A stretch of DNA of 64,000 bases from Octopus vulgaris (GCA_951406725.2 OX597827.1:32922001-32986000), one strand, 5' to 3'. Counted from the first letter of the stretch, positions 1 through 13,270 are shown. A program made the numbers and translations. Notes: generated by a model not told the origin, from the letters alone.

Positions 1-1095
1 AGAATAGCTTGGGCAAAATTCAGAGAGCTCTTACCTCTGCTGGGGACAAAAGGCCTCTCGCACAGAGTGAAAGGCAGACTGTATGATGCGTGTGTACGAA
101 CAGCCATGCTACATGGCAGTGAAACATGGGCCGTGACTGCTGAGGATATGCGTAAGCTCGCAAGAAATGAAGCCAGTATGCTCCGATGGATGTGTAATGT
201 CAGTACTCATACTCGGCAGAGTGTAAGTACCTTGAGAGAAAAGCTGGACCTAAGAAGCATCAGTTGTGGTGTGCAAGAGAGACGTTTGCGCTGGTATGGT
301 CATGTGGCGAGAATGGATGAAGATAGTTGTGTGAAAAAGTGCCACACCCTAGCGGTTGAGGGAACCTGTGGAAGAGGCAGACCCAGGAAAACCTGGGATG
401 AGGTGGTGAAGCACGACCTTCGAACTTTAGGTCTCACTGAGGAAATGACTAGAGACCGAGACCTCTGGAAGTGTGCTGTGCGCGAGAAGACCCGGCAGGA
501 CAAGTGAGGCCATAACCCGTGGCCTTCTACATGGGATGGAGCCAGCCTACGTATGCATACCTTCCCTTCTTGGGACACAAAACTCTACTTGTGAAGACCT
601 GTTGAGGCAAGTGAGGATCAGAATCGAAATCGATCAATGGAAATTGCAGATGTGTTACCAGTGCCGGTGGCAGAAATTCTATGTTGAGGCAAGTGAGGAT
701 CAGAATCAGAAATCGATCAATGGAAATTGCAGATGTGTTACCAGTGCCGGTGGCATGTAAGAGAACCTTCCGTTTCGCGACCGTTGCCAGCACCGCCCCG
801 TTTCGTGTCCGTTGCCAGCCTCGCCTGGCCCTCGTGCTGGTGGCACATAAAAAGCACCATCCGTTCGTGGCCGTTTGCCAGCTCTGTCTGGCACCTGTGC
901 AGGTGGCACGTAAAAAGCACCCACTACACTCACGGAGTGGTTGGCGTTAGGAAGGGCATCCAGCCGTAGAAACACTGCCAGATTTGACTGGGCCTGATGA
1001 AGCCTTCTGGCTTCACAGACCCCAGTTGAACCGTCCGACCCATGCTAGCATGGAAAGCGGACGCTAAACGATGATGATGATGATGATGATGATGA
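1..1095 (+). mobile_element. RTE-clade LINE 3' end (ORF C-terminus 1-507, 3'UTR, (GAT)n tail)
   Basis: RRLRWYGHVARM...GRGRPRKTW is typical of RTE ORF C-termini. 3'UTR carries repeated GTGGCACGTAAAAAGCAC units and ends ACGCTAAAC(GAT)n. Homologous to 35087-36245 and 53028-55650. Confidence 0.9.
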
Positions 1096-1142
1096 TATAT
1101 ACATATATATCTATATATACACACATATATATATACACACAT

Positions 1143-1454
1143 ATCACTGTGATCACCGTGACCGACCAGGCTATCAGATGTTGCTATACATCACTGGTCA
1201 CAATGCGCTTTGCATTGTTTTAGTCTTCAAATGACACCACCCTGCTGGCTAAGCGAGCAGGCCAACAGAAGAAAGAGTGAGAGAAAGTTGTGGCGAAAGA
1301 GTACAGCAGGGATTGCCACGACTCCCTGCTGGATCCTCGAGGAGCTTTAGGTGTTTTCGCTCAATAAACACTCACAACGCCCGGTCTGGGAATCGAAACC
1401 GCGATCCTACAACCGCGAGTCTGCTACCCTAACCACTGGGCCATTGCGCCTCCA
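1143..1454 (-). mobile_element. tRNA-derived SINE (head type A, tail type 1)
   Basis: Minus strand GGAGGCGCAATGGCCCAGTGGTTAGG (A box)...GGTTTCGATTCC (B box). Same head at 6233-6484, 28889-29265, 42698-43002, 59340-59653. Confidence 0.85.
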
Positions 1455-1461
1455 CATATAT

Positions 1462-1554
<93 letters not shown>

Positions 1555-1586
1555 CACACAAACATATATATATACATATATATATA

Positions 1587-2128
1587 AAAAATTTTTTTTC
1601 AGAATGAGATCAAAAACCAAGTCTGTGAAGATTTTAGAACATTTATAAAATGAAGGTCTTACAGCTGTTTCCAGGATATTAATTATATCCCTTCATTGGA
1701 GATGGTGTGAGAAGAGGGTTAAGCAATAGTTAATTTTTGATAAGACACAAAATAGGGAGTGAAGTGGAGGGATGAAAATAGCTGTGAGATTTGCAAGTAT
1801 ATAGCATTTGTAGATCCATTATTTAGGCAGAATGGTATACATATAAGATTCCAATACCTTGAATCCCAAGCTATAGCAGTACATTCTGCCTAAATAATTC
1901 ATAAACAAATGCTATATCCCTGCATATCTCTCATCTATTTTCATTCCTCCATCTCACTCTCTATTTCGTATCTTATCTAAATTAACTATTTCTTAACCAT
2001 TTTCTCACACTGTCTCCGATGAAGGGATATAATAAATATCCAGGGAAACAGCTGTAAGACCTATTTATAAATGTTCTAAAATCTTCACAGCTTTGGGTTT
2101 TTTTTTATCTTATTCTGAAAAAAATTAT
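1587..2128. repeat. Fold-back element, ~260-bp diverged inverted arms, each with a hammerhead-like motif (Penelope-like pLTR)
   Basis: Arms pair throughout, e.g. CTGTGAAGATTTTAGAACATTTATAAA / TTTATAAATGTTCTAAAATCTTCACAG and TTATTTAGGCAGAATG / CATTCTGCCTAAATAA; centre ~1857. Confidence 0.85.
2012..2060 (+). ncRNA. Minimal type-I hammerhead ribozyme motif (one core mismatch)
   Basis: GTCT-CCGATGA-AG-GGATAT(AATAA)ATATCC-AGG-GAAAC-AGCT-GTA-AGAC: stem I GTCT/AGAC, stem II, palindromic stem III ACAGCTGT, GUA cleavage triplet. U4 is replaced by C. A degenerate mirror copy lies at 1656-1703 (-). Confidence 0.6.
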
Positions 2129-2294
2129 ATATACACATACTCCTTATTCACATAATCACCAAACCTGGAGCTTAACTATGGTCTATCCATAGCACTTACT
2201 CAGCATTACCTGACACCTTTGAGTCTTACTGACACCATTTCCTCTCATAGCCTATATATATATGTATATACATATATATCTATCTATCTATCTA

Positions 2295-2377
<83 letters not shown>

Positions 2378-2426
2378 GCAACAGAAAAGAGGAATTTCAA
2401 TTATCCCCACGTGGTGAGTTGTAATG

Positions 2427-3142
2427 TATATAAGAAATTAAAAAAGGAAAATACGCACACTTACATAGTTTTAATATAATTTTTAATATATCGACTGGTT
2501 TCGCTATCGCTGTTCATGATATTATGTTTTACTTATTTGAATATGTATTTTTTCTTAGGAAGAAATTTTGTCCATGTTGCGTGTGATGTGATGAAATTCA
2601 CAAGTGAATAACTTCACAAGTAGATAAAAAAAAGGGGAGGTAAATGGTTATTGTTGTGGGTAAGGGAGATAACTGTTCAGCTTTCAGTAATGGGAGGGGA
2701 ATATATATGTACAAAGACAAGTTTCGAAAACTTTGTTTAGTGAGGGGATTTATATACAGTGATGTAATCGTGAATTGAAAAATGTAAAATATTATAAAAG
2801 TTGGTTATACGTGCATATTAAGACGTGTTCTGTTTTTTTCAATGAAAAAAGTTTCTTTATGTAAATGTTCTAGTTGAGAGATTGTGTCTTTGCACTGGTA
2901 GAAGGGGAAGACCCACAACAATAACAATAATAACGATAGCCAATTACCTCCCTTTTTCATCTACTTGTGAAGTCATCCACTCATGAATTTCATCACATCA
3001 CACACAACATGGGCAAAATTTCTTCTTAAGAAAAAATACATATTCAAATAAGTAAAACATAATATTATGAATAGCAATAGCAAAACCGGTCGATATATTA
3101 AAAATTATATTAAAACTATGTAAGTGTGCGTATTTTCCTTTT

Positions 3143-3153
<11 letters not shown>
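2427..3153 (-). mobile_element. Penelope-like element 3' end with inverted pLTR copy
   Basis: Inverted arms ~2427-2665 / ~2910-3153. Between them, minus-strand 2909-2805 reads FPFYQCKDTISQLEHLHKETFFIEKNRTRLNMHV*, resembling the E..FI.K...LN end of PLE GIY-YIG endonucleases. Degenerate hammerhead motif in both arms (2488-2522, 3062-3097). Confidence 0.7.
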
Positions 3154-3173
<20 letters not shown>

Positions 3174-3175
<2 letters not shown>

Positions 3176-4679
3176 CAGTGTGGAGTGAATAAACTGTCGT
3201 CTAAGTTACACTGGCACCTCATTTTAACAGATAAATTTACCAAAATTACATAAAAAGATCTTGAAATAGTGAAGAGTAAATATAACAATATAATTCCCAA
3301 TGGCTTCAACCATCTTCCTCCAGACGACTTCGGAATCTCATGCGACACTTCTGGACAGCCTCCATATTTAAGTTGTCTGTCTGCATGTCTGTATGTATGT
3401 ATGTATGTATGTATGTATGTATGTATGTATGTATGTATGTATGTATGTATGTATGTATGTATGTATGTATGTATGTATGTATGTATGTATGTATGTATGT
3501 ATGTATGTATGTATGTATGTATGTATGTATGTATGTATGTATGTATGTATGTATGTATGTAGATTTGAACACTGAATATGTGGTAGGGTTGACTAGACAT
3601 TTAACCTATTTTGGCGATCGATAGATTATTTTAACACTTCAGGGAAACACATGCATGCAGAAATATACTTACAGGTGAAGAACAGAGGAGGAGAGAGACA
3701 GACAGACATTATATATACATATAAAACTAACTAGATACTCATACACCAGAAGATCGAAAAAAAGTCGGTGGTGAATGAGAGATGGATAACGAAAGAAGCA
3801 CTAAAAGATCTGATGCCAATTAATTCAGCATTGAATCTGCATCGCCAAATCGGTGGTATAAAATGTCTCTTACTCATATCCACACACACACACACACACA
3901 TATGTTAATAACACCTATAAGGAGGAGGTGCTTTTCCCATTCACCAAAGTAAATGGAGCTCTGGCTAGGAGGAACTGATGTCATCAGACAGTATTTGTTC
4001 GGTGTTTCAAACCTGAACTGTAACACCTTCCCACTGGTGGTCAGCAGAGGTGGCCAAATCAGTACTCCTCATCTCCATCTTGCCCCCAGCTTAACACCTC
4101 TCTCTTGCTCCAAAGCCAACAAGAGGCTCTTTTAGCTGTTTCTCCCATCTTGCATCCAACCAAGATGGCTTGGAATAAAAATTGGCCCTTTCTCATCTCG
4201 TATGAGGAATACCAAATGTCTTCATGCACGACCTGCCTGATGAGAAACCCTGACACTCCCATGTCCCTGGCGATGGACCTAATTGACTTGGAGGGATCCT
4301 TGTCAATCATGGCCTGGATCTCACTAACAAATTCAGGAGTTCTTTTCTTATCAGAATGATCAGAGTGAGTTTTCTGAGCTGCCATACCTCTGTAATTACT
4401 CTTAGACTCATCCAACTCTTTCCGAATCCTTTGCACTATCCTCAGATTGACACCCAAATACTCTGAAATGTTTGTCTTGGAGCTCTTGGCATGAATGCCA
4501 GTAGAGTATGTTGTTTCCAAATTCTAGCAGAGTGAATTGCGTCATGGTGCTGTTTTTCTCACAGATGGTGCCCAACAGACCCTACTATACTGTGTAGTTG
4601 ATAAAATCAAAAACAAACAATGCACATGTGCAAAATTAGAATATATAAAATGGCGACAATTTACCCATCGCACCCTGTA
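3174..4679 (-). mobile_element. Tc1/mariner-superfamily (maT-like) transposon remnant
   Basis: ORF 4059-4520 has HTH-like NISEYLGVNLRIVQRIRK...DPSKSIRSIARDMGVS. 3306-3370 reads EAVQKCRMRFRSRLE, like a transposase C-terminus. Candidate TIRs TACAGTGTGGAGTGAATAAACTGTCG (3174) and revcomp TACAGGGTGCGATGGGTAAATTGTCG (4679). Catalytic domain missing; could be two related fragments. Confidence 0.65.
3391..3561. repeat. (GTAT)n microsatellite
   Basis: Pure tetranucleotide array. Confidence 0.98.
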
Positions 4680-5799
4680 CACACACACACACACACACAC
4701 AGAGAAAGAGAGAAATCAATACACACAGATAGATCCTTGTATGTTTATTGTCACATTAGGCAGTTAAAAATTTGTTACACAAAGTAAACAATACATAAAA
4801 AAAAAAACCCACAAGGATCCATGACATAAATTGAATATATGTGAAGACATCTAGCTAAACAGAGAAGTTTTCTTTTGACAAGGCACAAAGGCCCTATATT
4901 TATAAAGGGATAAACAACATGAAGAGAAACTGTGACAATCATGCCTTTCCCTACCCAAGGAAACCAGCACAGCAAGCAAATTGAAGTGGTTTTAAAGCAG
5001 GAATCCAATCCAGTTTTCATGGCCATTACCCGCCAGGGCTTCACTCTTTTGCTCAAAAGTGCTCACTAAAATACACACACACACACACACATCAAGTGCA
5101 CAGTTACAAAAAACTACTTATAGTTTCATGCTTCAAGATACATTAAATTGGCAGTGTTGTATAACATGCCACGTATCTCTAAGCAATCTTACAGGCTCAT
5201 TTCATAACGTCAGATGTATTTATATATGCACACACAGGCATACATACACACACGTACATACGCATGCATGTATGTATGTATGTATGTAGGTATATATGTA
5301 TATATACATGTTTACATATATATGAATGTATGTCTAATCATCTGATGAAGGTTCTAATTAGAATAGAAACTGTGATTCTTGCTTACTGATTATAAATTTT
5401 CTGTTTATAATTTTAGTAGGTTTTCAAATCCAATCACCATCAGAAAAAAGAAGAAAAAAACAGGAAGAAGAAAAATGAGAAAAAAAGGTATACAGCAAGA
5501 CTTAAACCCTTTGAGACCACATCCCTAAAGAAATACACTATCTATCTGCTTTGTTTAATTTTCAAAGAAATCAACGATGGCTGGTTTTAATGAAATAAAT
5601 TTTGTGATGGTCAAGTTGACCGCTTCTTCAAGTTTTGACCAGCAGTTTCTTCAACCAGTTGAACAAGCCAACAGATGGAACTTCAAGTTCCATTCAACAT
5701 TTGATCTTCACTGTAACTTTGGATTTACTATGAATACAGAGTCACATCAACAATAAACATTTGGTTACTTTTCTTAAAAGTGCTTTAAATAAACCTTTC

Positions 5800-7568
5800 T
5801 TCAATGCACAGGGCCAGCAATTTTAGGGGAGAGGTTAAGTTGATTACATCGACCCCAGCGTTCCACTGGTTCTTATTTGATTGACACCAAAACGATTAAA
5901 AGCAAAGTTGGCCTTGGCAAAATTTGAACCTAGAATGTAAGGACTGCTGCTAACTATTTTGTTCAGTGAGCTAGTGATTCCGCCAATTCACTGCCTTAGA
6001 AAAGTGCTTTAAATAATTATTTCAAAATTTTTGCCACAAGGGCAGCTTAGGGGAGGTGGAGATAAGTTGATTACATCGACCCCAGTGTTCAACTGGTACT
6101 TATTTTATCGACCCTGAAAAGATGAAAGGCAAAGTTAACCCCAGCGGAATTTGAACCCAGAACATGGTGATGGGTGAAATACTGCTAAGCATTTCATTCA
6201 GCGTGCTAACGATTCTGCCAGCTCACTGCCTTCAAGGAGATTCAGCGTGACACATAGTGTGACAAGGCTGGCCCTTTAAAATACAGGTACAACAGAAACA
6301 GGAAGAAAGAGAGAAAGTTGTGGTGAAAGAGTACAGCAGGGTTTGCCACCACCCCTGTCAGAGCCTCGTGGAGCTTTAGGTGTTTTCGCTCAATAAACAC
6401 TCACAATGTCCAGTCAGGGAATTGAAACCATGATCCTACAACCGCGAGTCCACTGCCCTAACCACTGGGCCATTGCACCTCCACTGACATAGTGTAAACA
6501 TTGAAACATAATTACTATCCTTCAAGTCTTGCTGCTTTTCAGATGGAGATTTTGGGCCTTTTATGTTGTCCTACCTTTTTGACTGTAAAGTTTGGAAGTT
6601 GAAAAATTCAACTTATATGCTGGAAAACACGATAACTTTCCAGTGATTTAGATGGTGTTTGGAAATACAACAAAGATTTAAATTTAAATTAAAAAATAAA
6701 TACTTTAAAACTGATATTTCTGAATCAGTAGAACTAGCAGTGAACTAAGGTCCTAATTCTTTTGGTAACGAAAATATCAATACGTTTAGTTAAAAAAAAT
6801 TTATTAATCAAACACCAATAGATTGTGGTGGAATCTCTGTTGGTTTCAGTGTTGTGCATTTGCACAACTGCTTTCCTATTGATAATACGGGTTTCAAATT
6901 TTGGCACAAGGCCAGCAATTTCAGGGGAGGAGGTAAGTCGATTACATTGACCCCAGTATGCAGCTGGTACTTATTTTATCGAACCAAAAAGGATGAAAGG
7001 TAAAGTTGACCTCGATGGGAATTGAACTCAGGACATAAAGATGTATGAAATGGTGCTAAGCATTTTGTGCAGTGTGCTAATGATTCTGTCACCTTCCACC
7101 TGTAATAATAACAATAATAATATTGGTTCCAAATTTTGGCACAAGGCCAGCAGATCAGGTGGAGGGGATAAGCCAATTACATTGACCCCAGTACTCAACT
7201 GGTACTTATATTATCAACCCAAAAAGGACGAAAGGCAAAGCTGATTAAAGTGAACATAGAAGCATTTTGCCTGGCATGCTAATGATTCTGCCAGCTCGCT
7301 GCTTTAATAATAATGATAATAATAATAATAATAATAATAATGATAATAATCATCCTCTCTACTAAAGGCACAAGGCCTTAAATTTTGGGGGAGCGGGTAG
7401 GTCAATTATATCGACCCCAGTGTTTCACTGGTACTTAATTTATTGACCCCGAAAGGATGAAAGGTAAAGTTAACCTTGGCAGAATTTGAACTCAGAATGT
7501 AGAGATGGCCGAAATATTGCTAAGCATTTTGCCTAGCGTGCTAACAATTCTGCCAGCTCACCACCTTA
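5800..7568 (-). mobile_element. Cluster of five co-oriented ~200-bp tRNA-like SINEs (head type C) plus one type-A SINE (6233-6484)
   Basis: Repeated unit, revcomp AAGGCGGTGAGCTGGCAGAATCGTTAGCAC...GTTCTGAGTTCAAATTC...GCCTTTCATCCTTTCGGGGTCGATAAAATAAGTACCAG, at ~5800-5998, 6022-6232, 6890-7100, 7124-7305, 7355-7568. The central segment resembles the Nin/Deu-type SINE domain (from memory, unverified). Confidence 0.85.
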
Positions 7569-7982
7569 ATAACGATAACAATGATGAAAGGTAACGATAA
7601 CAATAATAATAATAAAATTAACATGTAAGTAGCCGAGTATTCCCAGTACATGACCATTGCCCCTGTAGCAAATGGATTTGGATGAATGCTCCCACAACTC
7701 TGGGGCAAATATAATTATCTAACATTTATTATAATTAGACATAATTATAATGGTGGACCTATTACAATAATTAAGGGAGCTCCTGGTCAGCATCATAGTT
7801 ATTATGTGTACTCTTTAGAGAGAAGGATAGAAAAAAAGGGAGAGACAAGAATTATTGATTCCCAGTACATGACTGGTATTTTATTTAACAGCCCTGAAAA
7901 GTTGACAAGCAAAGTTGACCTCCCTGACATTTGAACTAGAGCAGAGAAAATAGGATGAATGACCAGAAGGCATTCTATCAGA

Positions 7983-8230
7983 TGTGGAAGTGTATGGCTT
8001 AGTGGTTAGGGTGTTGAACTCATAATCGTAAGATTGTGGTTTCAATTCCTGGACCAAGCAATGCATTGCATTCTTGAACAAAACCCTTCATTTCAAGTTG
8101 CTCCATTCCACTCAACCAGAAAAGATGAGTTATCCTGCAATGGACTGGCATCTCGTCTGTGAAGGAATACATGCACCAAAGAAACAGGGAAACCATTCCT
8201 ATGTTCCTTACAGAGTAATGTGGACCAACC
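7983..8230 (+). mobile_element. tRNA-derived SINE (head type B, tail type 3)
   Basis: TGGCTTAGTGGTTAGG A box, GGTTTCAATTCC B box; tail CTGCAATGGACTGGC shared with 59340-59653. Confidence 0.7.
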
Positions 8231-9317
8231 ATTCTATCAGATATCCTAAGAACTCTGCTAATACTTACTCGCTGCCTTCCGTTATCTCCAAAGCTAATTA
8301 CATCAACCAAGGTTTTTATTCATTTTCATTTTGGCAGGTTTTCATGAAACATTCATTATTGTTATGTCCTTACCATTTTAAGTGGTGGAACAGAATAAAA
8401 GAAATGCATGTGTTTACAGTTCCTTAAATCCTTAAAAATGTTTTAGCCTGAAGGCTGCGGCCATGCTGGGGCACCACCGCTGAAGTTACAAGAGATAAAG
8501 AGACTTTGGTTTTAGTTATACTGGAACCGGTGATTATTCTAGCAAAAAAAAAAACAACAAAAAACCCTGAGATTTTTCAAATTACTAACCATGTAGATAC
8601 TGTTTTTTTCTTTCTTTTTTCTGCTTCTTGCGGGTAGTTTAAGTAAAAAATATTTTTAATACTTGTATTTAGAATTTAACCAGAAAATTTTTTTCCAAGC
8701 AAGATCAAACATTTATTTATTTTCACTGAAGATGAATTGAAATGCAGTCCCAATCATTCAAAAATCTTTAATACATCATTTAAATTCTGAATTTACACTT
8801 ATATATATATATAAAACAAACAAACACAGAAATAAATAAATTCAATAAAAAAAACACACTCAAAACTGTCATCTACAAACATATACAAATGTATGCATTC
8901 ATACACACACATACACACAAATGAATAAATTATAATAAATTAAAAAAAATAATAAATATACAGCAATACTTTTTAGCGATATCTTCTAGTGTTAGTGCTG
9001 AATGGAGAAACAATCATACTGTGAAGATCATAGCAGAAAAGACTCCAGTCTAACGACATCTACATTGTTCAACTAACATTCATGGATTTATACGATGGAT
9101 GGTTTCAGTCGACTGCTGTGGACACAGGGATGGAATACGTTGAGTTGTATATGGGTATACACAGGCAGGTGCATGCATGTATGTGTGCGAGTGTGTGTAT
9201 GTCTGAGTGTGTGTGTGTGTATACTGCTATCATCACTACCATTATCAAAATAATGAAAATGATACACACACACACATATATACATACACATACACACACA
9301 TTAGGGTATCCCGTTTT

Positions 9318-10405
9318 CAAGGTCAGAATTTTTTTCTGACTGCACCATTGTCTTGTGTGGTGCCAGTGGATGAAAGAATGGGGTCTACAAAGTAACGGGG
9401 CTCTAAAACCATTCTTGTGACAACACAAGCCTCTTGAAGTTGAAAAAAATTGTCAAAATTGGCTACTTTTATTGTGCTTGTGTAGAGTCAAGTCTAATAT
9501 TCATTTCACAAGTCTCACATGAATCTAAATTATGCTAGAAAATTACAGTGAAAGTGCATCGTTTATTTTTAATGATTTTAATGACAAGCACAATGTAACA
9601 TGGTTAGCAAAACATTCTTTAGTCATAAATCAACAACAGCCTTCCAAGATACATTTTGGAAGAGACTTTTAATGTACATAATACAAGTTGTACTATAAAA
9701 AGAACCCTTAGAGCATACTTATGTAGCTGGTTTTCAATAGGAAATTTTAAGACTAAGATGTTCATTATTCACTTGGCACTTAACCTTTTCGATACCAACC
9801 CGGCTGAAACTGCCTCTGTCTCAATAGTACAAATGTCTTATTTTCAAAAGTTCTGAATTAAAATCTTCAACCAAACCTAGCTTAATGATAACTAAGTTAT
9901 TTTATTAAATTCTTTGTTATATTTAAAATTAATTGAAAGAAACAACAGAAATATGGTAACAAAAGGATTAAGCATGGGAAATCCTGCAGAAATGTATGAA
10001 ATAAATTTAACTGCCATTCCAATCCACCCAAGAGGCTGCAGTTCAGTTTCAGACTCCTAACCCTTTTGTTCATGTGGAGGGTTCCCTTGTTATCTCCTAT
10101 TCATGGTTGTTCAACATCTAGTAGATTTTAAGACTTTTAGTCAACAGTGTAACTTTGTGTTTGTTATAAAGTCACATTAGAAATGAGTTTTACGCTTGCC
10201 CCATAATTTTCTAGCATAATTTAGATCGACATGAAGCTTACAAAACAAACATTGATTAGACACTACACAAGTACAATAAAAATGGCCAATTTTTCAACTT
10301 CGGGAGGCTTGTGTAGTTACAAAAATGGTTTTAGAGTCCTGTCATTTTGAATATCTCATTTTTTCATCTACTGGCACCACACAAGAAAAATAACGGTGCA
10401 GTCAG
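9318..10405. mobile_element. Non-autonomous DNA element with ~230-bp terminal inverted repeats
   Basis: TTTTTCTGACTGCACC..CTTGTGTGGTGCCAGT..CTAAAACCATT..TCTAAATTATGCTAGAAAATTA (9320-9550) is mirrored at 10200-10405. Confidence 0.8.
9779..9972. mobile_element. piggyBac-like MITE nested in the previous element
   Basis: TTAA-CCTTTT...AAAAGGA-TTAA ends; related internal sequence at ~12450-12660, 61200-61350, 61600-61725, 62495-62750. Confidence 0.6.
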
Positions 10406-10826
10406 AAAAAATTTTGACTCTGGACATCTATATATATATATATATGTATGTGTGTGTTTGTGTATATATATATATATATATATAATGTATATAGATACAT
10501 ATCTATATATACATACATACACACACATACATATATATATATATATGTATATACATGCATATATATCATCACTATCATCATGAAAATGATAATGGTAATG
10601 ATGCACACACACACACACACACGCACGTGCACGTAAACAATATTTGTTTTTGGTCAAGTCAACATCTTTGCTACTCCAAAGTTTCGATCCTGTGTTCACC
10701 AGGTGTTGAGTACACTATTGGTTACATGAGTGACACTCCAGAATAGCAAGACATTGGCTCAACCAAAAGAAAAATATCAAGCAAGCTTTACTATGGTATC
10801 AAACATTTTTTCTCTGACACTCAACA

Positions 10827-10866
<40 letters not shown>

Positions 10867-11934
10867 CACATACGCGGGTACAACTCCTCGAAAAAAAATC
10901 AAGCAATTATTATAATTATCATAAATTTTTGATTTATAATTCCAATCTCAGGAAAAAAAAAACAAGGGAAGTTATTCAATGCAGTTTGTTTGCAGAAGCT
11001 ATTCGTGTACGCCTAATATTTCTGCTGCACAGCACATAGAAATCGAACTACATTTGGTGAAAAAAAACAGTGAAAACTAGATGGAATCAGTCTGCTTACA
11101 GACCTAACTGCATTTTTTCCAGGTAATGCGGTTGTTGAAGTTGTTTTTTTTAATATTTTTTTTTATATTTGATGTATTTGTTGCTCAGTCTTCATATCAA
11201 TTCTGAACCTACAGATTTATGGTCAAAGATATTCCAACTGTAACCATCCCACCTTTTTGTATTTTTTTTTTCAGACAGTGGACTACACTCTTCAATATGT
11301 CCTTTTTTCTAATTTTCGTTTAAAAGACAGTAAGGTGTGATTTCAGAGAAATTTGGCTGCTATTTCTAATAGGTCAAACAATCATGTAAAGGGTCTTTCG
11401 TTGGCTTATTTGTGGCTTTGTTTATTTATGTGTACTGTTGTTGCTGTTGTGGTTAATTCCAGGTTAAATCTGATCAAGGCACTCCAACCATGATCACCCC
11501 ACCCCATTATTTTAATGGAATAACTAGGACTAAATAACTAGGACTAAAGTGTCCCTTCCTTATGATGGTGGTGCAATATAATTATATTAAGGAGGGGGGG
11601 GGATTTGACTGCTATTTCTAGCAGATCGAGTGACCATGTAGAGGCTCCCTTGTTGGTTAATTTATAGTTTTCTTTGTGTGCTTGTTTATGTAGATATGTA
11701 TGTATATTGATTATATTTTGTCTATATGTGTGTTTGTGTGCATGTGTGTTCAGTTGTGTGTGTGTATGTGTAACCACGGTGTTCCAATAAGACTGTAAGA
11801 AACTGTTTAATAAAAAGGGGACAGGAACAAGAGGGGGGAAAATATAAAAAAGAACAACAAGAAACTATAAGAAAAACAACACAGGACTGAAACAACAATT
11901 AAAGAAGAAAAGAAAGAAAAATGGCAGTGATAAA

Positions 11935-12440
11935 TTAGTTGTGATATCATCTAGGTATGATATCAAATTGTACTTGGCCATGGGATAAAATCTAAAGAGA
12001 GATTAAGCATGTGATATCACTTAAAATAGGATTTGGTCATGTGATTGATATCATTCAAAATAGGATTTTGGCCAGGAGATATCATTTAATAGAGGATTGG
12101 TTTGTGGAACAAAGAGGAATTAGCCATGGGATATCACTTAAAATAGGACTTGGTCATAAGCTATCACTTGAAATGGAACTTGGTCATTGGATATTGCTTA
12201 AAATAGGACTTGATGATGATAATGATGATGTCACTTAAAGTAGAAGTTGTCTATAGGATATCACTTAAAATGGATCTTGGCTGTGAGATGTTACTTAAGA
12301 TGACTTGACCATAGGATAAAATCTAGAGACATTAGTCATGAGATATCACATAGAATAGACCTTAACAATTGGATATTATTGAAATAAAATATTATCTAAA
12401 TTATATAATAAACATAGGATATAACTGAAATGTGAAAATT
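11935..12440. repeat. Diverged ~29-bp minisatellite
   Basis: Recurring unit ~GGATATCACTTAAAATAGGACTTGGTCAT; similar decayed units resume at ~13295-13500. Confidence 0.75.
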
Positions 12441-12965
12441 AGAACTTAGCTTTAATTCTTTTGATAAAAAACCCCAACTGAGATGGCTCCTTGTTTCATG
12501 ATATAAAAACTACCTGTTTTAAAGTGGCCTAAATTAAACCTTCGATTAAAATTTCCAAGCATTAACTTATTAACAATTAATTTAATTTATTAAGTTCTTA
12601 ATTATTTTCAAGACTAAATTAAACAAAGACAGTATATTTCAATGGCAAATACTGAATTCTTCAAACATACAAGTCAATGTAGCATATATTGTAAATGTAT
12701 TGTGTAAGCATTCAAACTTTGTCACCATCTTTCTAAATCCTGCTGCATTTCACATGGAATTTTTGGTCCTCCAAAGTCCTCTCCATAAATAAACCAGCCT
12801 ACCTTTTTTGACTAAATTTTGGCCTCAAAAATTCGATTTGCGTGCAGGAAAAAATGGGATATGATAAAAAGGTATACATGAGCAGATTGAACAGGGGTTA
12901 AAACGATACACATGAACAGATTGTCATTTACTTAGAATTTGAGTCATGGTTTATCATTTAATGGT

Positions 12966-13270
12966 GAAGGGGCATAGCCTGGTGGATACAAGGTGTTGCA
13001 CTCATAACTGCTAGATCAAAGGTTTGATTCCAAGACTGAGCAGCACATTGGGTTCTTGTACAAAACATTACATTTCATGTTGCTCCAGGCCACTCCTCTG
13101 TAAACGGGCCACCCTGTGGCAGAATAGTCTTCTGATCAGGGTAGGGAATGTTAGCCTGCTCACCTGGCCAGTGGCATGGCATCATTCGAAAGCCAAAATG
13201 ATGCAAAGCACATTGTGACCAGTGATGTACGACATCCGATAGCCTGGCCTGACCATGATACTGTGATACC
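12966..13270 (+). mobile_element. tRNA-derived SINE (head type B, tail type 1)
   Basis: tRNA-like head (TAGCCTGGTGG..GGTTTGATTCC). Tail ATGCAAAGCACATTGTGACCAGTGATGTA..GATAGCCTGG is shared with 1143-1454 and 42698-43002. Confidence 0.7.

Noticed and set aside
2998-3624. ORFs with YIHT/MYVC repeats, and the YI/HT-repeat ORFs elsewhere
   Set aside because: Frames through (GTAT)n, (TA)n and (CA)n arrays.
11935-12440. CRISPR-like periodicity
   Set aside because: Units are contiguous and degenerate with no unique spacers; eukaryotic context, no cas genes.
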